Source: an uncultured Gammaproteobacteria bacterium (GTDB lineage Bacteria; Pseudomonadota; Gammaproteobacteria; JAURND01). From it: a DNA stretch of 64,000 bases. The notes beneath the pieces were generated by a model that was given only the letters and a program-made list of their open reading frames with translations, was not told the origin of the DNA and ran no database searches. The DNA is taken from assembly GCA_963714975.1 (NCBI GenBank), contig CAVQQD010000002.1, positions 480,001 to 544,000 on the forward strand. Direction: 5' to 3'. Below, in pieces: positions 17,715-28,979 of the stretch. Both the position numbers and the translations under genes were made by a program. Within the stretch, counting starts at the first letter, position 1. Each line of letters opens with the position of its first letter.

Positions 17715-18878
17715 TTATTGCCAGCTTTGCACCAGAATTTCCACGGGTTGCATAACCTGAGAAAGCACTTGCTCCACATCCAGATGAGTTGTGTCAATTA
17801 CTAAAGCATCATCAGCGGGCTTAAGTGGTGCTGTGTTACGCTCTTGATCGCGGGCATCACGCTGGATCAAATCTCGCAAAATCTCCGCAAGACTAGCATG
17901 GACACCTTGTTTTTTCAACTGATTAAATCGTCTTTTTGCACGTTCATCCGATGTTGCTTGCAAGAAGAATTTCAAATTAGCATCAGGAAAAATAACGGTT
18001 CCCATATCCCGGCCATCTGTTACCAGCCCAGGCCATTGTCGAAAGGCACGTTGCTTTTCTAACAAAGCATGGCGAACTAAGGGCAATACCGCAATTTTTG
18101 AGGCAGTAATACCGCATTGCTCAGTACGAATAGCCGAGGTGATGTTCTCCCCAGATAAAAAGATGCAGGTAGTATCCTCTTCCTCAGTAAAATGCGCGTC
18201 TAAAGAATAGGCCAAGTCTTGTAGCTTGGCTTCATTCTCTAGATCTATTGACTTAAGTAGGGCGCTGTAAGCTAATATCCGATAAAGTGAGCCACTATCT
18301 AAGTAGTGCCACCCTAATTTTTTAGCTAATTGCCGACTTATGGTGCCCTTTCCTGTGCCGCTTGGTCCATCAAAAGTAATGACAGGCGGAAATTCTTCAA
18401 CTGGTTCCTTGCAAAGTGCTAGTAAGCCTTCTAAAGCCACTTGGACTGTTTTAGCTCTTACGGTTTGTCGGTCGCCGTGAAAAAGATGGTGTTGGACTTG
18501 CGTTGGAAAGTCCCTCCTCGCAAAAGCGATCCATACCGTTCCTATGGGCTTATTCTCAAACCCGCCTTCAGGGCCCGCGATGCCAGTTGTGCTTACGGCG
18601 ATTTGGGCCTGACTTGAGTTCAGAGCTCCTTCAGCCATTTCTTTAGCAGTGGCTTCACTCACTGCTCCCTCTCGAGTTAGAGTAGCAGTGCTAACTCCGA
18701 GCATTTCTTGTTTTGCAGTGTTGCTGTAGCAGACAAATCCTCGATCGAACCATTGCGAACTTCCTGGAATTGAGGTTACAGTTTCTGCAATCCCGCCCCC
18801 AGTACAAGATTCTGCGGTGGTTAGTAGCCAAGATTTTTTTTTTAATGCCTTGCCTAATTGTTCAGTGAGTTCTAACAT
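17715..18878 (-). CDS. pncC-cmk: Fusion: PncC/CinA NMN amidohydrolase + cytidylate kinase
   Basis: N-half AESCTGG, GSSQWF, YSNTAK, GAVS, TGIAGP; C-half ITFDGPSGTGKGT, LDSGSLYR, DGRDMGTVIFPDA; one uninterrupted 387-aa ORF. Confidence 0.9.
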   Translation of the reverse strand: MLELTEQLGKALKKKSWLLTTAESCTGGGIAETVTSIPGSSQWFDRGFVCYSNTAKQEMLGVSTATLTREGAVSEATAKEMAEGALNSSQAQIAVSTTGIAGPEGGFENKPIGTVWIAFARRDFPTQVQHHLFHGDRQTVRAKTVQVALEGLLALCKEPVEEFPPVITFDGPSGTGKGTISRQLAKKLGWHYLDSGSLYRILAYSALLKSIDLENEAKLQDLAYSLDAHFTEEEDTTCIFLSGENITSAIRTEQCGITASKIAVLPLVRHALLEKQRAFRQWPGLVTDGRDMGTVIFPDANLKFFLQATSDERAKRRFNQLKKQGVHASLAEILRDLIQRDARDQERNTAPLKPADDALVIDTTHLDVEQVLSQVMQPVEILVQSWQ

Positions 18879-18919
18879 AATTATCTTTTAATAATAAAGT
18901 GCCTTGTTAGAATACCCTT

Positions 18920-21340
18920 ATGGAAACAGAGAACGCAATAATAAGTTCAGAAATCCTTTCTGCACATACCCCAGTGATGCAGCAATACTTGCGTCTGAAA
19001 GCACAATACCCAGATATGTTGCTTTTTTACCGTATGGGTGATTTTTATGAATTATTTTATGCTGATGCAGAAAAAGCCGCACAGTTACTTAATATTACTT
19101 TGACCTCCCGGGGTCAATCTGCTGGCAAGTCAATACCGATGGCTGGGGTACCCTATCATGCTCTGGAAAGCTATCTAGCGAAACTTGTTCAGTTAGGGGA
19201 ATCCGTTGCCTTGTGTGAACAAATAGGTGATCCAGCTGCGAGCAAAGGTCCAGTAGAGCGGCAAGTAACGCGAATCATCACGCCAGGAACGGTCAGTGAT
19301 GAAGCGCTTTTGGATGAACGAAATGATAATCTGCTGCTAGCTCTTTGCCATGAACGAAATTGTTTTGGCATGGCTTACTTGGATATTACCAGTGGTCGTT
19401 TTGCTATTCTTGAGGTTCAGGGGGAAGATGCCTTGCTAGCTGAGCTAGAGCGCTTACAACCGGCTGAAGTTTTGTTCAGTGAAGATCTCTCCCTGACCTT
19501 ACACCTGCCAGAACGCCGACTACGCCGTCGCCCTCCCTGGGAATTTGACTTAGATACTGCAGTGCGTTTATTGATCCAGCAATTCCAAACTCAAGATTTA
19601 AGTGCTTATGGCTGCGAACATTGCACTTTGGCCCTCTGCGCAGCGGGAGGGCTACTCCATTATGTCCAATATACTCAACGCGCTGCTTTACCACATATTG
19701 TAGGTTTGACCGTGGAGCATCGTGAAGAAACCTTGATACTGGATGCAAGCGCCCAGAAAAATTTGGAATTAGTAACCAACTTGGTCGGAGGTAAGGAACA
19801 TACCTTGATTGAAATTCTCGATAACACTGTGACGTCCATGGGCAGTCGTTTATTAAGGCGCTGGTTAATTCGCCCATTACGAGATCCGCAAGTTTTACTG
19901 GCTCGGCAAGGCGCCATTGCTGAATTGCAAAACGAAGCCCGAAATCATGCATTATTCACTATACTGCGTGGTATCGGAGATATGGAACGTATTTTGGCTC
20001 GTATTGCCTTAAAATCAGCCCGTCCTCGTGATTTGCTACAATTTCGTGAAGCGCTACGACGCTTACCTGAAGTACGGCATAGCTTGAAAAGCTGTGGTCA
20101 ACCGCGCCTACAAGTATTAGCCAATCAATTAGGTGAATATCCTCAATTATTCATGTTGTTGCAACAAGCTCTGGTCGACAATCCGCCTGCTTTGCTGCGC
20201 GAGGGTGGGGTGATAGCCGCAGGTTATGATGCTGAATTAGATGAATATCGGCAGCTCAGTGAACACAGCGACCAGTTTTTATTAGACTTAGAACAAAGAG
20301 AACGGCAACGAACCGGCATTACCCATTTAAAAGTAGGGTATAACCGCATCCATGGATTTTTTATTGAAATTAGTCGTGGCCAATCCTCTTTGGCCCCTGC
20401 GGATTATATTCGTCGTCAAACTTTAAAGAATGCTGAGCGCTATGTCACCCCGGAATTAAAACAATTTGAGGATAAGGTGTTAAGCAGTAAAGCCCGCGCC
20501 TTAGCTCGGGAAAAATGTCTTTATGAAGCATTGCTCGAGACATTGATCCAATCCTTAGCTTCATTCCGACAAACCGCAGAAAGTCTCGCTGAATTGGATG
20601 TGTTAAATAATTTAGCGGAGCGGGCTAACCAGTTAAATTTGGTGGCACCAGAATTTTCGTCAACTCCGGGAATCCATATCGAAAGTGGCCGGCATTTAGT
20701 GGTGGAACAAGTCACAGAAACTCCCTTTGTGCCCAATGATACCGAGCTTCAGGCTCAGCGCCGAATGCTGATTATTACTGGTCCTAATATGGGGGGGAAG
20801 TCCACCTATATGCGACAGACAGCTTTGATTGTATTATTGGCTTATGTGGGTAGTTTTGTGCCAGCCAAGCGAGTGGTGGTGGGTCCTGTGGATCGAATTT
20901 TTACTCGGATTGGGGCGAGCGATGATCTTGCCAGTGGTCGTTCCACTTTTATGTTAGAGATGACGGAGACGGCGACGATTTTGCACAATGCAACGGCACA
21001 AAGTTTGGTGTTGATGGACGAAGTAGGGCGCGGGACTAGCACCTTTGATGGTTTGGCGCTAGCCTTTGCTTGTGCGGATTATTTAGCACGTGAAATTCGG
21101 GCTTTGACCTTATTTGCAACGCATTATTTTGAATTAACGCAATTACCCGAACAATGTTCTGAGATAGCCAATGTTCATCTCCAGGCGATTGAGTATCACG
21201 ATAAAATCGTATTTTTACATACGGTCAATGAAGGAGCTGCTAGTCAAAGTTATGGACTCCAAGTGGCGCAATTAGCGGGTATTCCGCCTAAGGTTATTGC
21301 AAAAGCTAAAGAAAAATTACTTGCTTTGGAAGGTGGGTAG
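18920..21340 (+). CDS. mutS: DNA mismatch repair protein MutS (ends right after the ATPase/HTH region)
   Basis: [40 protein letters not shown]. Confidence 0.97.
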   Translation: METENAIISSEILSAHTPVMQQYLRLKAQYPDMLLFYRMGDFYELFYADAEKAAQLLNITLTSRGQSAGKSIPMAGVPYHALESYLAKLVQLGESVALCEQIGDPAASKGPVERQVTRIITPGTVSDEALLDERNDNLLLALCHERNCFGMAYLDITSGRFAILEVQGEDALLAELERLQPAEVLFSEDLSLTLHLPERRLRRRPPWEFDLDTAVRLLIQQFQTQDLSAYGCEHCTLALCAAGGLLHYVQYTQRAALPHIVGLTVEHREETLILDASAQKNLELVTNLVGGKEHTLIEILDNTVTSMGSRLLRRWLIRPLRDPQVLLARQGAIAELQNEARNHALFTILRGIGDMERILARIALKSARPRDLLQFREALRRLPEVRHSLKSCGQPRLQVLANQLGEYPQLFMLLQQALVDNPPALLREGGVIAAGYDAELDEYRQLSEHSDQFLLDLEQRERQRTGITHLKVGYNRIHGFFIEISRGQSSLAPADYIRRQTLKNAERYVTPELKQFEDKVLSSKARALAREKCLYEALLETLIQSLASFRQTAESLAELDVLNNLAERANQLNLVAPEFSSTPGIHIESGRHLVVEQVTETPFVPNDTELQAQRRMLIITGPNMGGKSTYMRQTALIVLLAYVGSFVPAKRVVVGPVDRIFTRIGASDDLASGRSTFMLEMTETATILHNATAQSLVLMDEVGRGTSTFDGLALAFACADYLAREIRALTLFATHYFELTQLPEQCSEIANVHLQAIEYHDKIVFLHTVNEGAASQSYGLQVAQLAGIPPKVIAKAKEKLLALEGG

Positions 21341-21348
21341 GTAGGATT

Positions 21349-23301
21349 ATGATCTGGAACAAAATTCGCAATTTTTTTATTGGATTGCCACTCAATCCGT
21401 TTGACAAAACTACGCGCAAAAATATTGCGCTTGTCGCCTTTTTAGCCTGGATTGGATTGGGGGCTGATGGTCTTTCTTCGACTTCCTATGGTCCTGAGCA
21501 AGCTTTTTTGGCATTGGGATCTCACTACCACTTAGCACTTTATTTAGCCATTTTAGTGGCAATCACCGTGTTCATTATTTCTCTTGCTTATAATCAGGTC
21601 ATTGAACTTTTTCCAACCGGGGGAGGCGGATACAAGGTAGCCAGCAAACTAATTGGCAGACATGCGGGGGCTATTTCTGGTTCGGCCTTAATTGTGGATT
21701 ATGTGTTAACCATCGCTATTTCTATTGCGAGTGGGGTGGATGCCGTATTTAGCTTATTACCTGTAGCCGGACAAGACTACAAATTATATATCGAAGTGAT
21801 TGCTTTAGTGATTTTGATCATATTGAATCTTCGTGGGATGAAAGAATCTATTAAAATCCTAATGCCGATTTTTTTAGGGTTTATTCTTACCCATGCCGCG
21901 CTTATTTTTTATGGAATTACTTTACATGGTGCAAATTTATCCCATATGGTCCATGCCACTGTGGACGACACGCGCGAATTTATTACTCATAGCGGTTGGT
22001 TTGTCGTTTTGGCTTTGTTTTTACGTGCTTATTCATTGGGAGGCGGAACCTATACTGGGATAGAAGCCGTTTCAAATAATATTAATCATTTGGCTGAACC
22101 CCGGGTAAAGACGGGGAAATGGACCATGTTTTATATGGCTGTTTCTTTAAGTTTCACGGCGGGTGGAATTATCCTGCTTTATTTATTATGGGACGTAAAA
22201 CCGGTCAATGGTGAGACGTTAAATGCCGTAGTATTTCGCTCAGTTTTAGGTGATCTTCCTTTTAGTGGAATTATTTTAGTGATTGTCTTGTTTTTTGAAG
22301 CAGGACTATTATTTGTGGCCGCCAATACCGGATTTTTAGGGGGGCCTGCAGTCTTGGCAAACATGTCGATTGATGCTTGGATTCCAAAACAATTCCGCAG
22401 CTTGTCCACTCGTTTAGTTACACAAAATGGGATTTTAGTTTTTGGCTTGCTGGCTATTTTGATTTTATTGGGTACGGGTGGTGAAGTGTCGATGCTGGTC
22501 GTGCTTTATAGCATGAATGTGTTTTTAACTTTTTCATTATCTTTATTAGGGCTCTGTATTTATTGGTGGCGACATAAGCAGTGGACCTGGAATTGGCTTT
22601 TCCGCATGGCGCTCTCTGGTATTGGTTTGCTGGTATGCGTTAGTATTTTATTAGTCACGTTGTTGGAAAAATTTACGGTAGGTGGTTGGCTAACCGTGCT
22701 AATTACTAGTAGCGTGGTAATATTTTGTTTAATCGTCAATAGACATTATGAGGCTATCAATAAGCAACTAAAATATCTGGACAAGGTGATGACCTTGCCA
22801 TTAACTGGCTTCATTCCTAATGTCCCAAAACTAGATCCCCAGCTGCCTAGCGCGGTATTTTTAATTGGTAATAGCATTGGCGAAGGAATGCATACTTTAT
22901 TATGGGTCCAGCGAACTTTCCCCAAGCATTTTAAAAATTTCGTTTTTTTAAGTGTGGGTGTTGTTGATGTTGGCAGTTATGGTAGTGACAAGGCTTTGGA
23001 GAGATTGCGCGAACAAATTCAAGCAAGGATGAAGTATTTTATCGAATTTTCGCACGAGCATGGTTTTGCTGCGACATCGGTGGTGGATTACAGTAACGAT
23101 TTGGTGTCTGGCATCGTTAAATTAGCGGAACAAGTTAGCCAGCAATATTCGAATTGCGTATTTTTTGCCGCTTCATTGATTTCGAAAAAAGATAATTGGT
23201 TCCATCGACGTTTACATGGTGATATTTCTATCAACTTACAACGCCATTTAAATTTGCGGGGGTTACAATTGGTTGTGATGCCTGTTAAACTTGAGCGGTG
23301 A
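21349..23301 (+). CDS. APC-family permease (KimA/YdaO-like)
   Basis: DGLSSTSYGPE, YNQVIELFPTGGGGY, TGIEAVSN, many TM segments plus soluble C-terminal domain. Confidence 0.8.
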   Translation: MIWNKIRNFFIGLPLNPFDKTTRKNIALVAFLAWIGLGADGLSSTSYGPEQAFLALGSHYHLALYLAILVAITVFIISLAYNQVIELFPTGGGGYKVASKLIGRHAGAISGSALIVDYVLTIAISIASGVDAVFSLLPVAGQDYKLYIEVIALVILIILNLRGMKESIKILMPIFLGFILTHAALIFYGITLHGANLSHMVHATVDDTREFITHSGWFVVLALFLRAYSLGGGTYTGIEAVSNNINHLAEPRVKTGKWTMFYMAVSLSFTAGGIILLYLLWDVKPVNGETLNAVVFRSVLGDLPFSGIILVIVLFFEAGLLFVAANTGFLGGPAVLANMSIDAWIPKQFRSLSTRLVTQNGILVFGLLAILILLGTGGEVSMLVVLYSMNVFLTFSLSLLGLCIYWWRHKQWTWNWLFRMALSGIGLLVCVSILLVTLLEKFTVGGWLTVLITSSVVIFCLIVNRHYEAINKQLKYLDKVMTLPLTGFIPNVPKLDPQLPSAVFLIGNSIGEGMHTLLWVQRTFPKHFKNFVFLSVGVVDVGSYGSDKALERLREQIQARMKYFIEFSHEHGFAATSVVDYSNDLVSGIVKLAEQVSQQYSNCVFFAASLISKKDNWFHRRLHGDISINLQRHLNLRGLQLVVMPVKLER

Positions 23302-23312
23302 GGATTTAAACT

Positions 23313-23795
23313 ATGCCATCATTTGATATTGTTAGCAAAGTTGACCTGCATGAAGTCACAAATGCAGTCGATCAGGCCAATCGTGAGGTAGGTACGCGCT
23401 TTGATTTTAAAGGCAGTAATGCTCGTTTTGAGTGGCTGGAGAATAAAATTAACTTACTCGCTGAAACGGATTTTCAATTAAAGCAGATGATTGAAGTTTT
23501 ACTGGGAAAATTAGCGAAGCGTGGCATTGATGTGCAATGTCTTGACTATAAAGAGCCAGAAATTAGCCATCGTCAAGCCAAGCAAGAAATAGAGCTAAAA
23601 CAGGGAATTGCAACGGAAACAGCAAGAAAAATTGTGAAATTCATTAAAGATCATAAATTAAAAGTACAAGCTGCAATTCAAGGTGATCAAGTTCGTGTGA
23701 CTGGTAAAAAACGTGATGATTTACAAACGGTGATTGCAGTTTTACGCAAAGAAAATTTTGGGTTGCCCTTGCAGTTTGAGAATTTTAGGGAATAA
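23313..23795 (+). CDS. yajQ: YajQ family nucleotide/c-di-GMP-binding protein
   Basis: MPSFDIVS, RFDFKG, IQGDQVRVTGKKRDDLQ, QFENFRE. Confidence 0.95.
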   Translation: MPSFDIVSKVDLHEVTNAVDQANREVGTRFDFKGSNARFEWLENKINLLAETDFQLKQMIEVLLGKLAKRGIDVQCLDYKEPEISHRQAKQEIELKQGIATETARKIVKFIKDHKLKVQAAIQGDQVRVTGKKRDDLQTVIAVLRKENFGLPLQFENFRE

Positions 23796-23800
23796 TCCTT

Positions 23801-24601
23801 ATGCCCCCCTTACCTAGCTTTAATACTTTAATTCTGGAGACTATCCAGCCTTATTTGTTAAAAATAACTCTAAATCGTCCCCAAGTTTTGAATGCGCTTA
23901 ATGCAGAAATGATGGAAGATCTACGCCAATTATGGGCTTGGCTTTATGCTAATGCAGACCCATTTCGTTGTATCATTCTCACGGGAGCAGGTGAAAAAGC
24001 CTTTTGTGCAGGAGCAGATCTTAAAGAGCGCTATCAGCTTGATATGCGTACTTGGCAACAACAACATGCCCGTTTGCAGCAAGCGATGTTGGGGATGATG
24101 GATTGTCCCTTACCGATTATTGCTGCTGTCAATGGGGTGGCTTTTGGCGGGGGTTTAGAATTATCTTTAGGCAGTGATTTTGCGTATGCATCCGATTTAG
24201 CTATTTTTGCCCTACCAGAAACGAAGTTAGGAATTATGCCTGGCGCGATGGGTACCCAAAATTTGCCGCGAGCTTGTGGTTTGCGTCGCGCAAAAGAATT
24301 GTGTTTTACTTCTGAACGTTTTTCAGCGCAACAAGCTTTTGAATGGGGCATTGTCAACCAAGTTTTGAAGCCACAGGAGTTAATGCCAGCCGTGGTTGCA
24401 GTGGCAGAAAAGATTGCTAACAATGCTCCCTTAGCAGTCAGGCAGGTAAAAAAAGCCTTAAGCATGTCGCTGCAGACTGATTGGAAATCAGGCTATACTT
24501 TTGAAGTGCAAGCCTATAATTATCTGTTAACCACCCGTGATCGAGAAGAAGGAATTAACGCGTTTAATCAAAAACGTGCTCCTGTTTTCCAAGGTGAGTA
24601 G
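23801..24601 (+). CDS. Enoyl-CoA hydratase/isomerase (possibly methylglutaconyl-CoA hydratase)
   Basis: AFCAGADLKE, AFGGGLE, PETKLGIMPG. Confidence 0.9.
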   Translation: MPPLPSFNTLILETIQPYLLKITLNRPQVLNALNAEMMEDLRQLWAWLYANADPFRCIILTGAGEKAFCAGADLKERYQLDMRTWQQQHARLQQAMLGMMDCPLPIIAAVNGVAFGGGLELSLGSDFAYASDLAIFALPETKLGIMPGAMGTQNLPRACGLRRAKELCFTSERFSAQQAFEWGIVNQVLKPQELMPAVVAVAEKIANNAPLAVRQVKKALSMSLQTDWKSGYTFEVQAYNYLLTTRDREEGINAFNQKRAPVFQGE

Positions 24602-24603
24602 GT

Positions 24604-25482
24604 ATGAGTGTAATTAATTGTGACGAAATTGATGATTGGAATGTAGAGCGTCCTGCATCACTGAAAACCTACCTGATTAATTCGCTTGAATCAGGCGCAT
24701 TGCTTTTTTTGCCTAGACTTGCTTTTTTATTAAAGGATGAAGAACGAAAATTTTTGTCGCCGCAGTTTGTGCAGAAAAAAGTAAAAAATATTAGCTTTAA
24801 TCCTGCTTTGCAGTCGCTCAAGGGAGTTGTTGGTTCTGCTACAGAATGCCAACAAATCCAAGCAATGTTGGCACGTTTTTCGCAGCAATCGCAACTCATT
24901 ATCCAGATTTTATTTCCCCATTATGCCAATGCGTTACAAATGGGGCGTACTAGTTTTCGTCCTTGTGAAGTGAGCAAGCGACGACTTTCCTATCGTAAAG
25001 ATGACCGCCTCTTACATGTCGATGCATTTCCTAGTTCTCCCAATCACGGCCAACGATTATTGCGCGTATTTAGTAATGTAAATCCGCATGGCCAGGATCG
25101 AGTGTGGCGTATAGGCGAGCCGTTTGCATCCGTTGCACAACGCTTTCTGCCCTTGATTCCCAGGCCTTGGCCGGGAAGTAGTCAATTACTACGTTGGCTG
25201 AAGATTGCTAAAACTTTAAGAACTGAATATGATCATCTTATGTTGCAAATACATGATCGAATGAAGGCAGATGCCTTTTATCAACAAAATGTTGATCAAA
25301 TCCAATTACGCTTACCTCCTGGAACTAGCTGGATTGTACAAACTGACCATGTTTCTCATGCGGCGATGAGTGGCCAATATATGTTTGAACAGACATTTTA
25401 TTTGCCTGCCCAAGCAATGTTGGATCCAGGGAAATCACCGTTGAAAATTTTAGAAGGGATGTTGAGCAGGAATTTGGTTTAG
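24604..25482 (+). CDS. kdoO: Kdo hydroxylase family (KdoO) dioxygenase
   Basis: RTSFRP, RKDDRLLHVDAFPS, LRVFSNVNP, YDHLMLQIHDRMK, HAAMSGQ. Confidence 0.85.
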   Translation: MSVINCDEIDDWNVERPASLKTYLINSLESGALLFLPRLAFLLKDEERKFLSPQFVQKKVKNISFNPALQSLKGVVGSATECQQIQAMLARFSQQSQLIIQILFPHYANALQMGRTSFRPCEVSKRRLSYRKDDRLLHVDAFPSSPNHGQRLLRVFSNVNPHGQDRVWRIGEPFASVAQRFLPLIPRPWPGSSQLLRWLKIAKTLRTEYDHLMLQIHDRMKADAFYQQNVDQIQLRLPPGTSWIVQTDHVSHAAMSGQYMFEQTFYLPAQAMLDPGKSPLKILEGMLSRNLV

Positions 25483-25502
25483 TGGAGAAAATAATCCCTA
25501 TC

Positions 25503-25681
25503 TTTAACACCGCAATTCATCCAGGTTAATGTCATCCAGCCCAGAGGGCTCCCGGCACCTTCTCCCACAAGGGGAGAAGGATATATGTACCCACTCAAAT
25601 CTTCATAGAGCCAATATTTGATTTTAGGAAGTGAAGTGCTGATACTACTATTCGTCGCTATCTTGATATTTTGTATGGAAC
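25503..25681. pseudogene. Mosaic of remnant fragments of acetoacetate-CoA ligase 3' end, HMG-CoA lyase upstream region and DUF4143 ATPase, plus a family A hairpin
   Basis: 25503-25523=30558-30578; 25533-25545=33519-33531; 25612-25633=33689-33710; 25633-25681~34029-34077. Confidence 0.8.
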
Positions 25682-25701
25682 CTGTGGGCAAGAGCATATT
25701 T

Positions 25702-26634
25702 TCATAAATCTTTTGCGACACTTGCCATTTGCTGCTGTGATCTGATGGTCGCAATTACTCCGGAAATGAGCAACAAAATAGCAATAAATTCATTCAGATA
25801 AGGCAAACGGTGTTGAAAAATAAAGCTGTAAATTAATCCGAATACAGTTTCCGACACGATGAGCGTACCGTAAATGGACGGCGGAGTATTTCTGCAACAA
25901 TAGGCCCAGAAGAAATTAGCTATCCAGGAAGCGCCAATGCCCATAATACCACCCCACACTATCAGTTGAGGAAATTGTGGGTGAGTAATCATCGGTTGTA
26001 TATCATGAGTCAGTAGAAAAATAGGTAGCATAAAAACCAAACTTATAATACCCATAAGGGACGTGTAATCCAACGAGCTCATCTGCATATGTTTTAGAAT
26101 AAAACGGGAATTGGTAATCGCATACCAGGTCCACATGATTAATGCACAGAATAATAAAACAATGCCTGACAAATGGACATTGCGCAGTGAGGATCCTATC
26201 GTATCCTGCAGCAGAGGCGCGACCAATAACACGATGATTCCTGCCAGAATCAATGTTAAACCAAATACTAATTTATAATTAAATGTCGGTTTGCTGCATA
26301 GTGTGATCGTTAACGGTAATGTACCTATAATCAAAGCTGAGATCACACCATTAGTCAGCTTTACGCCAAAAAATAAGATAATCGTATATAACCAGAATCC
26401 AGTGGCACAAACCAAAATGGCCTGTAGAAAATCATTAAAAGTAAATTTTCTCAATAGCAGTATCAGTCTAGGCAAGAATATAAAACTGATCATTCCAAAA
26501 AATAAAAAACGTGAAAACGCGATTTCAATTGAGGAATACCCACTAAGAATTAAAGGCGCAAGAAAAGGTGTACCCCAAAAAGCACCGGATAAAATACCTG
26601 CGGTTATTGCTTTAGTTTGCAATTTTGACATCAA
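25702..26634 (-). CDS. DMT/EamA family transporter
   Basis: About ten hydrophobic segments; FWG, RFLFFG, LIVSETVFGL. Confidence 0.85.
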   Translation of the reverse strand: MMSKLQTKAITAGILSGAFWGTPFLAPLILSGYSSIEIAFSRFLFFGMISFIFLPRLILLLRKFTFNDFLQAILVCATGFWLYTIILFFGVKLTNGVISALIIGTLPLTITLCSKPTFNYKLVFGLTLILAGIIVLLVAPLLQDTIGSSLRNVHLSGIVLLFCALIMWTWYAITNSRFILKHMQMSSLDYTSLMGIISLVFMLPIFLLTHDIQPMITHPQFPQLIVWGGIMGIGASWIANFFWAYCCRNTPPSIYGTLIVSETVFGLIYSFIFQHRLPYLNEFIAILLLISGVIATIRSQQQMASVAKDL

Positions 26635-26862
26635 GGCACCTACTCATTCGAGGATCATTTTTTTGCGATTTCTATTGGATTATATTCTTATTATAAGGGC
26701 CAAATCATAACATGGTTCATCATGTTCATTCAATCATCGCAATTTCCTTCGAGTTATGGGCTATAATCACCATTAACTCCGCAAGAATGATCAAATCTAA
26801 AAGATAAATAACCAGTATAGTGGTCCTTGTTCTTACACAAATAGATTGGAAGCGAAAAATAC

Positions 26863-27711
26863 ATGCGTTATCAGCAACGTTTAACAAAAGTCATTGACTT
26901 TATTGGTAAGCATTTAGACGAAGACATTACTCTTGAGCAATTAAGTGCTGCTTTTTGTGTTTCAAAATTTCACTTTCATCATTTGTTTACGGCACTAACA
27001 GGATTATCCTTACAACAGTATATCCGATGGCTGCGTTTGAAGCGTGCAGCACATCAGTTAATTGTTACCCAGGAACAATCGATCATTAACATTGCAATCA
27101 ATGCAGGGTTTGCTTCTCATGAGGCATTTTCTCGCGCTTTTAAGAAAACTTGTGGATTAACCCCCAGTGAGTTTAGACGGCAGGGCAACTGGTCTTGTTG
27201 GAATACGCCACCGTATTGTTTGCCTAAACAAGGTAAAATTGAAATGAAAGTAGAAATTAAACAAGTTGATAAAATCCGCTTAGCAGTGGTAGAGCATCGA
27301 GGTGATCCTCAATTTGTTGGTAACAGTGTCAACAAATTGATCAATTGGGCAAAAGCGCAAGTGATTAATCTAAAACCTAAGCCTGGTGAAGCGTTTGCAA
27401 TTGCTTATGATGATCCTAAAACCACTCCGCCAGAACAATTTCGGATGGACTTGGGCATAAAAATTCCAGCAAGCCTTAAGTTAAATAATATTGTAATTGA
27501 AAAATACCTACCAGCCGGTCGTTATGCAGTTACCATGCATCAAGGTTCTCGTGACAAGCTAGGTGATACGGTTTATCCCTTATATCGTGAATGGTTGCCA
27601 ACTTCTGGAGAAGAATTAGGCGATCTCCCTTGCATATTTTGTTATTATAATTTTGATTATGAAGTTGCGGAAACAGAAAGCTTAACAGAAGTTTGGCTTC
27701 TACTACGTTGA
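26863..27711 (+). CDS. AraC-family regulator with GyrI-like effector domain
   Basis: SKFHFH, RLKRAA, GFASHEAFSRAFKK, YDDP, GRYAV, WLP.SG. Confidence 0.92.
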   Translation: MRYQQRLTKVIDFIGKHLDEDITLEQLSAAFCVSKFHFHHLFTALTGLSLQQYIRWLRLKRAAHQLIVTQEQSIINIAINAGFASHEAFSRAFKKTCGLTPSEFRRQGNWSCWNTPPYCLPKQGKIEMKVEIKQVDKIRLAVVEHRGDPQFVGNSVNKLINWAKAQVINLKPKPGEAFAIAYDDPKTTPPEQFRMDLGIKIPASLKLNNIVIEKYLPAGRYAVTMHQGSRDKLGDTVYPLYREWLPTSGEELGDLPCIFCYYNFDYEVAETESLTEVWLLLR

Positions 27712-27780
27712 CATCCTCTCCGGCATAAATGCCGGAGATTCCATACATGTGGCTGTGCCACGAGTATGAGGTTCTCGTTT

Positions 27781-28953
27781 CTACGCCGCACCCAACGCGC
27801 TTGCTCCACGAGCCATCACAGCATGCCCTGCTGCTAAAATATTTTTCGCCGCGTTCAAGTCAGCATTTGCTGCATATCCGCACGATACACACACAAATTC
27901 ACTTTGGGTCTGACGGTTTTCCTTGGCAACATGCAAACAATGAGAACAACGCTGGCTGGTATAGTGGGGTGATACTTCAATGAACATCCCTCCATTCCAC
28001 GTCAGCTTATATCCCAATTGTCGCCTGAATTCATACCAGCCCTGGTCTAATATCGCCTTGTTTAATCCAGACTTCGCAGCAACATTCACCCCGGGATTTT
28101 GTAAGTCTCCCGATGCGGATCGACTCATATTTTTTACTTGCAAATCTTCCACAACCACTACCGCGTGGCTTTTGCTGATGCGGGTTGTAGTCTTGTGTAA
28201 AAAATCTCGTCTCATGTTCGATGCTTTTTGATGCAGTGCCTCTACTCGAGCCACTTGCTTCTTCCATCGCCCAGAAAATTTTTGCTTCTTCGCTAATTTG
28301 CGCTGCTCTATCCCTAATCTTTTTTCTATCTGCCTAAAACTATTCAAGGATTCTATAGTGTCACCATTGGATAGGGTCGCGAATTTTGCAATGCCTGCGT
28401 CTATACCTACGCTATCGACTGCTGTTGACTGCGAAGAGATGTCTTGTTGTACTTGGATACTGATATACCAATGTTTTCCTTGCCGCGATACCGTTACATT
28501 TCGTATGTCCCCTATGACCTCCTGGCTTCGGTAAAAATGAATCCAACCTAATTTCGGTAATTTCAGACGGTTGCCTTCTAATTCGATTTGCTTCGGCTCC
28601 GGAAATCGAAAACTATCGTGACGACCTTTTTTCTTGAAGCGGGGTAATCGTTTATTTGGCTGCGTTTTGTTAAATGCATCGGAAAATGCTCGATCTAAAT
28701 CACGCAATTTTTGTTGCACGATATGTGCTGGACATTCTTTCAAAAAACCATATTCTGCAGATTGCTTCCATTGCTTCACCCAAAAATCAAATTCTGCATA
28801 GCGCAGAATACGCTCCTGTCGTTGCAAGCGTTCCAAATTCATGCGGCAACATTTATTCCATACAAATCGACAATGTCCTGCATAAGCGGACAGTTGCTGC
28901 TCAATCTCTTGGCTGGGTTTTAAGCGAAAACGATAGGCTTTTTTGATTTTCAT
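27781..28953 (-). CDS. tnpB: TnpB RNA-guided endonuclease
   Basis: KAYRFRL HTH, RuvC GIDAG / VEDL / NADLNAA, Zn ribbon CSHC..CVSC. Confidence 0.95.
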   Translation of the reverse strand: MKIKKAYRFRLKPSQEIEQQLSAYAGHCRFVWNKCCRMNLERLQRQERILRYAEFDFWVKQWKQSAEYGFLKECPAHIVQQKLRDLDRAFSDAFNKTQPNKRLPRFKKKGRHDSFRFPEPKQIELEGNRLKLPKLGWIHFYRSQEVIGDIRNVTVSRQGKHWYISIQVQQDISSQSTAVDSVGIDAGIAKFATLSNGDTIESLNSFRQIEKRLGIEQRKLAKKQKFSGRWKKQVARVEALHQKASNMRRDFLHKTTTRISKSHAVVVVEDLQVKNMSRSASGDLQNPGVNVAAKSGLNKAILDQGWYEFRRQLGYKLTWNGGMFIEVSPHYTSQRCSHCLHVAKENRQTQSEFVCVSCGYAANADLNAAKNILAAGHAVMARGASALGAA

Positions 28954-28979
28954 AGTACCAATGAATATACTATTGGTCT

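Noticed and set aside
24604-25482. KdoO as a novelty
   Set aside because: Known family already reported in several proteobacteria
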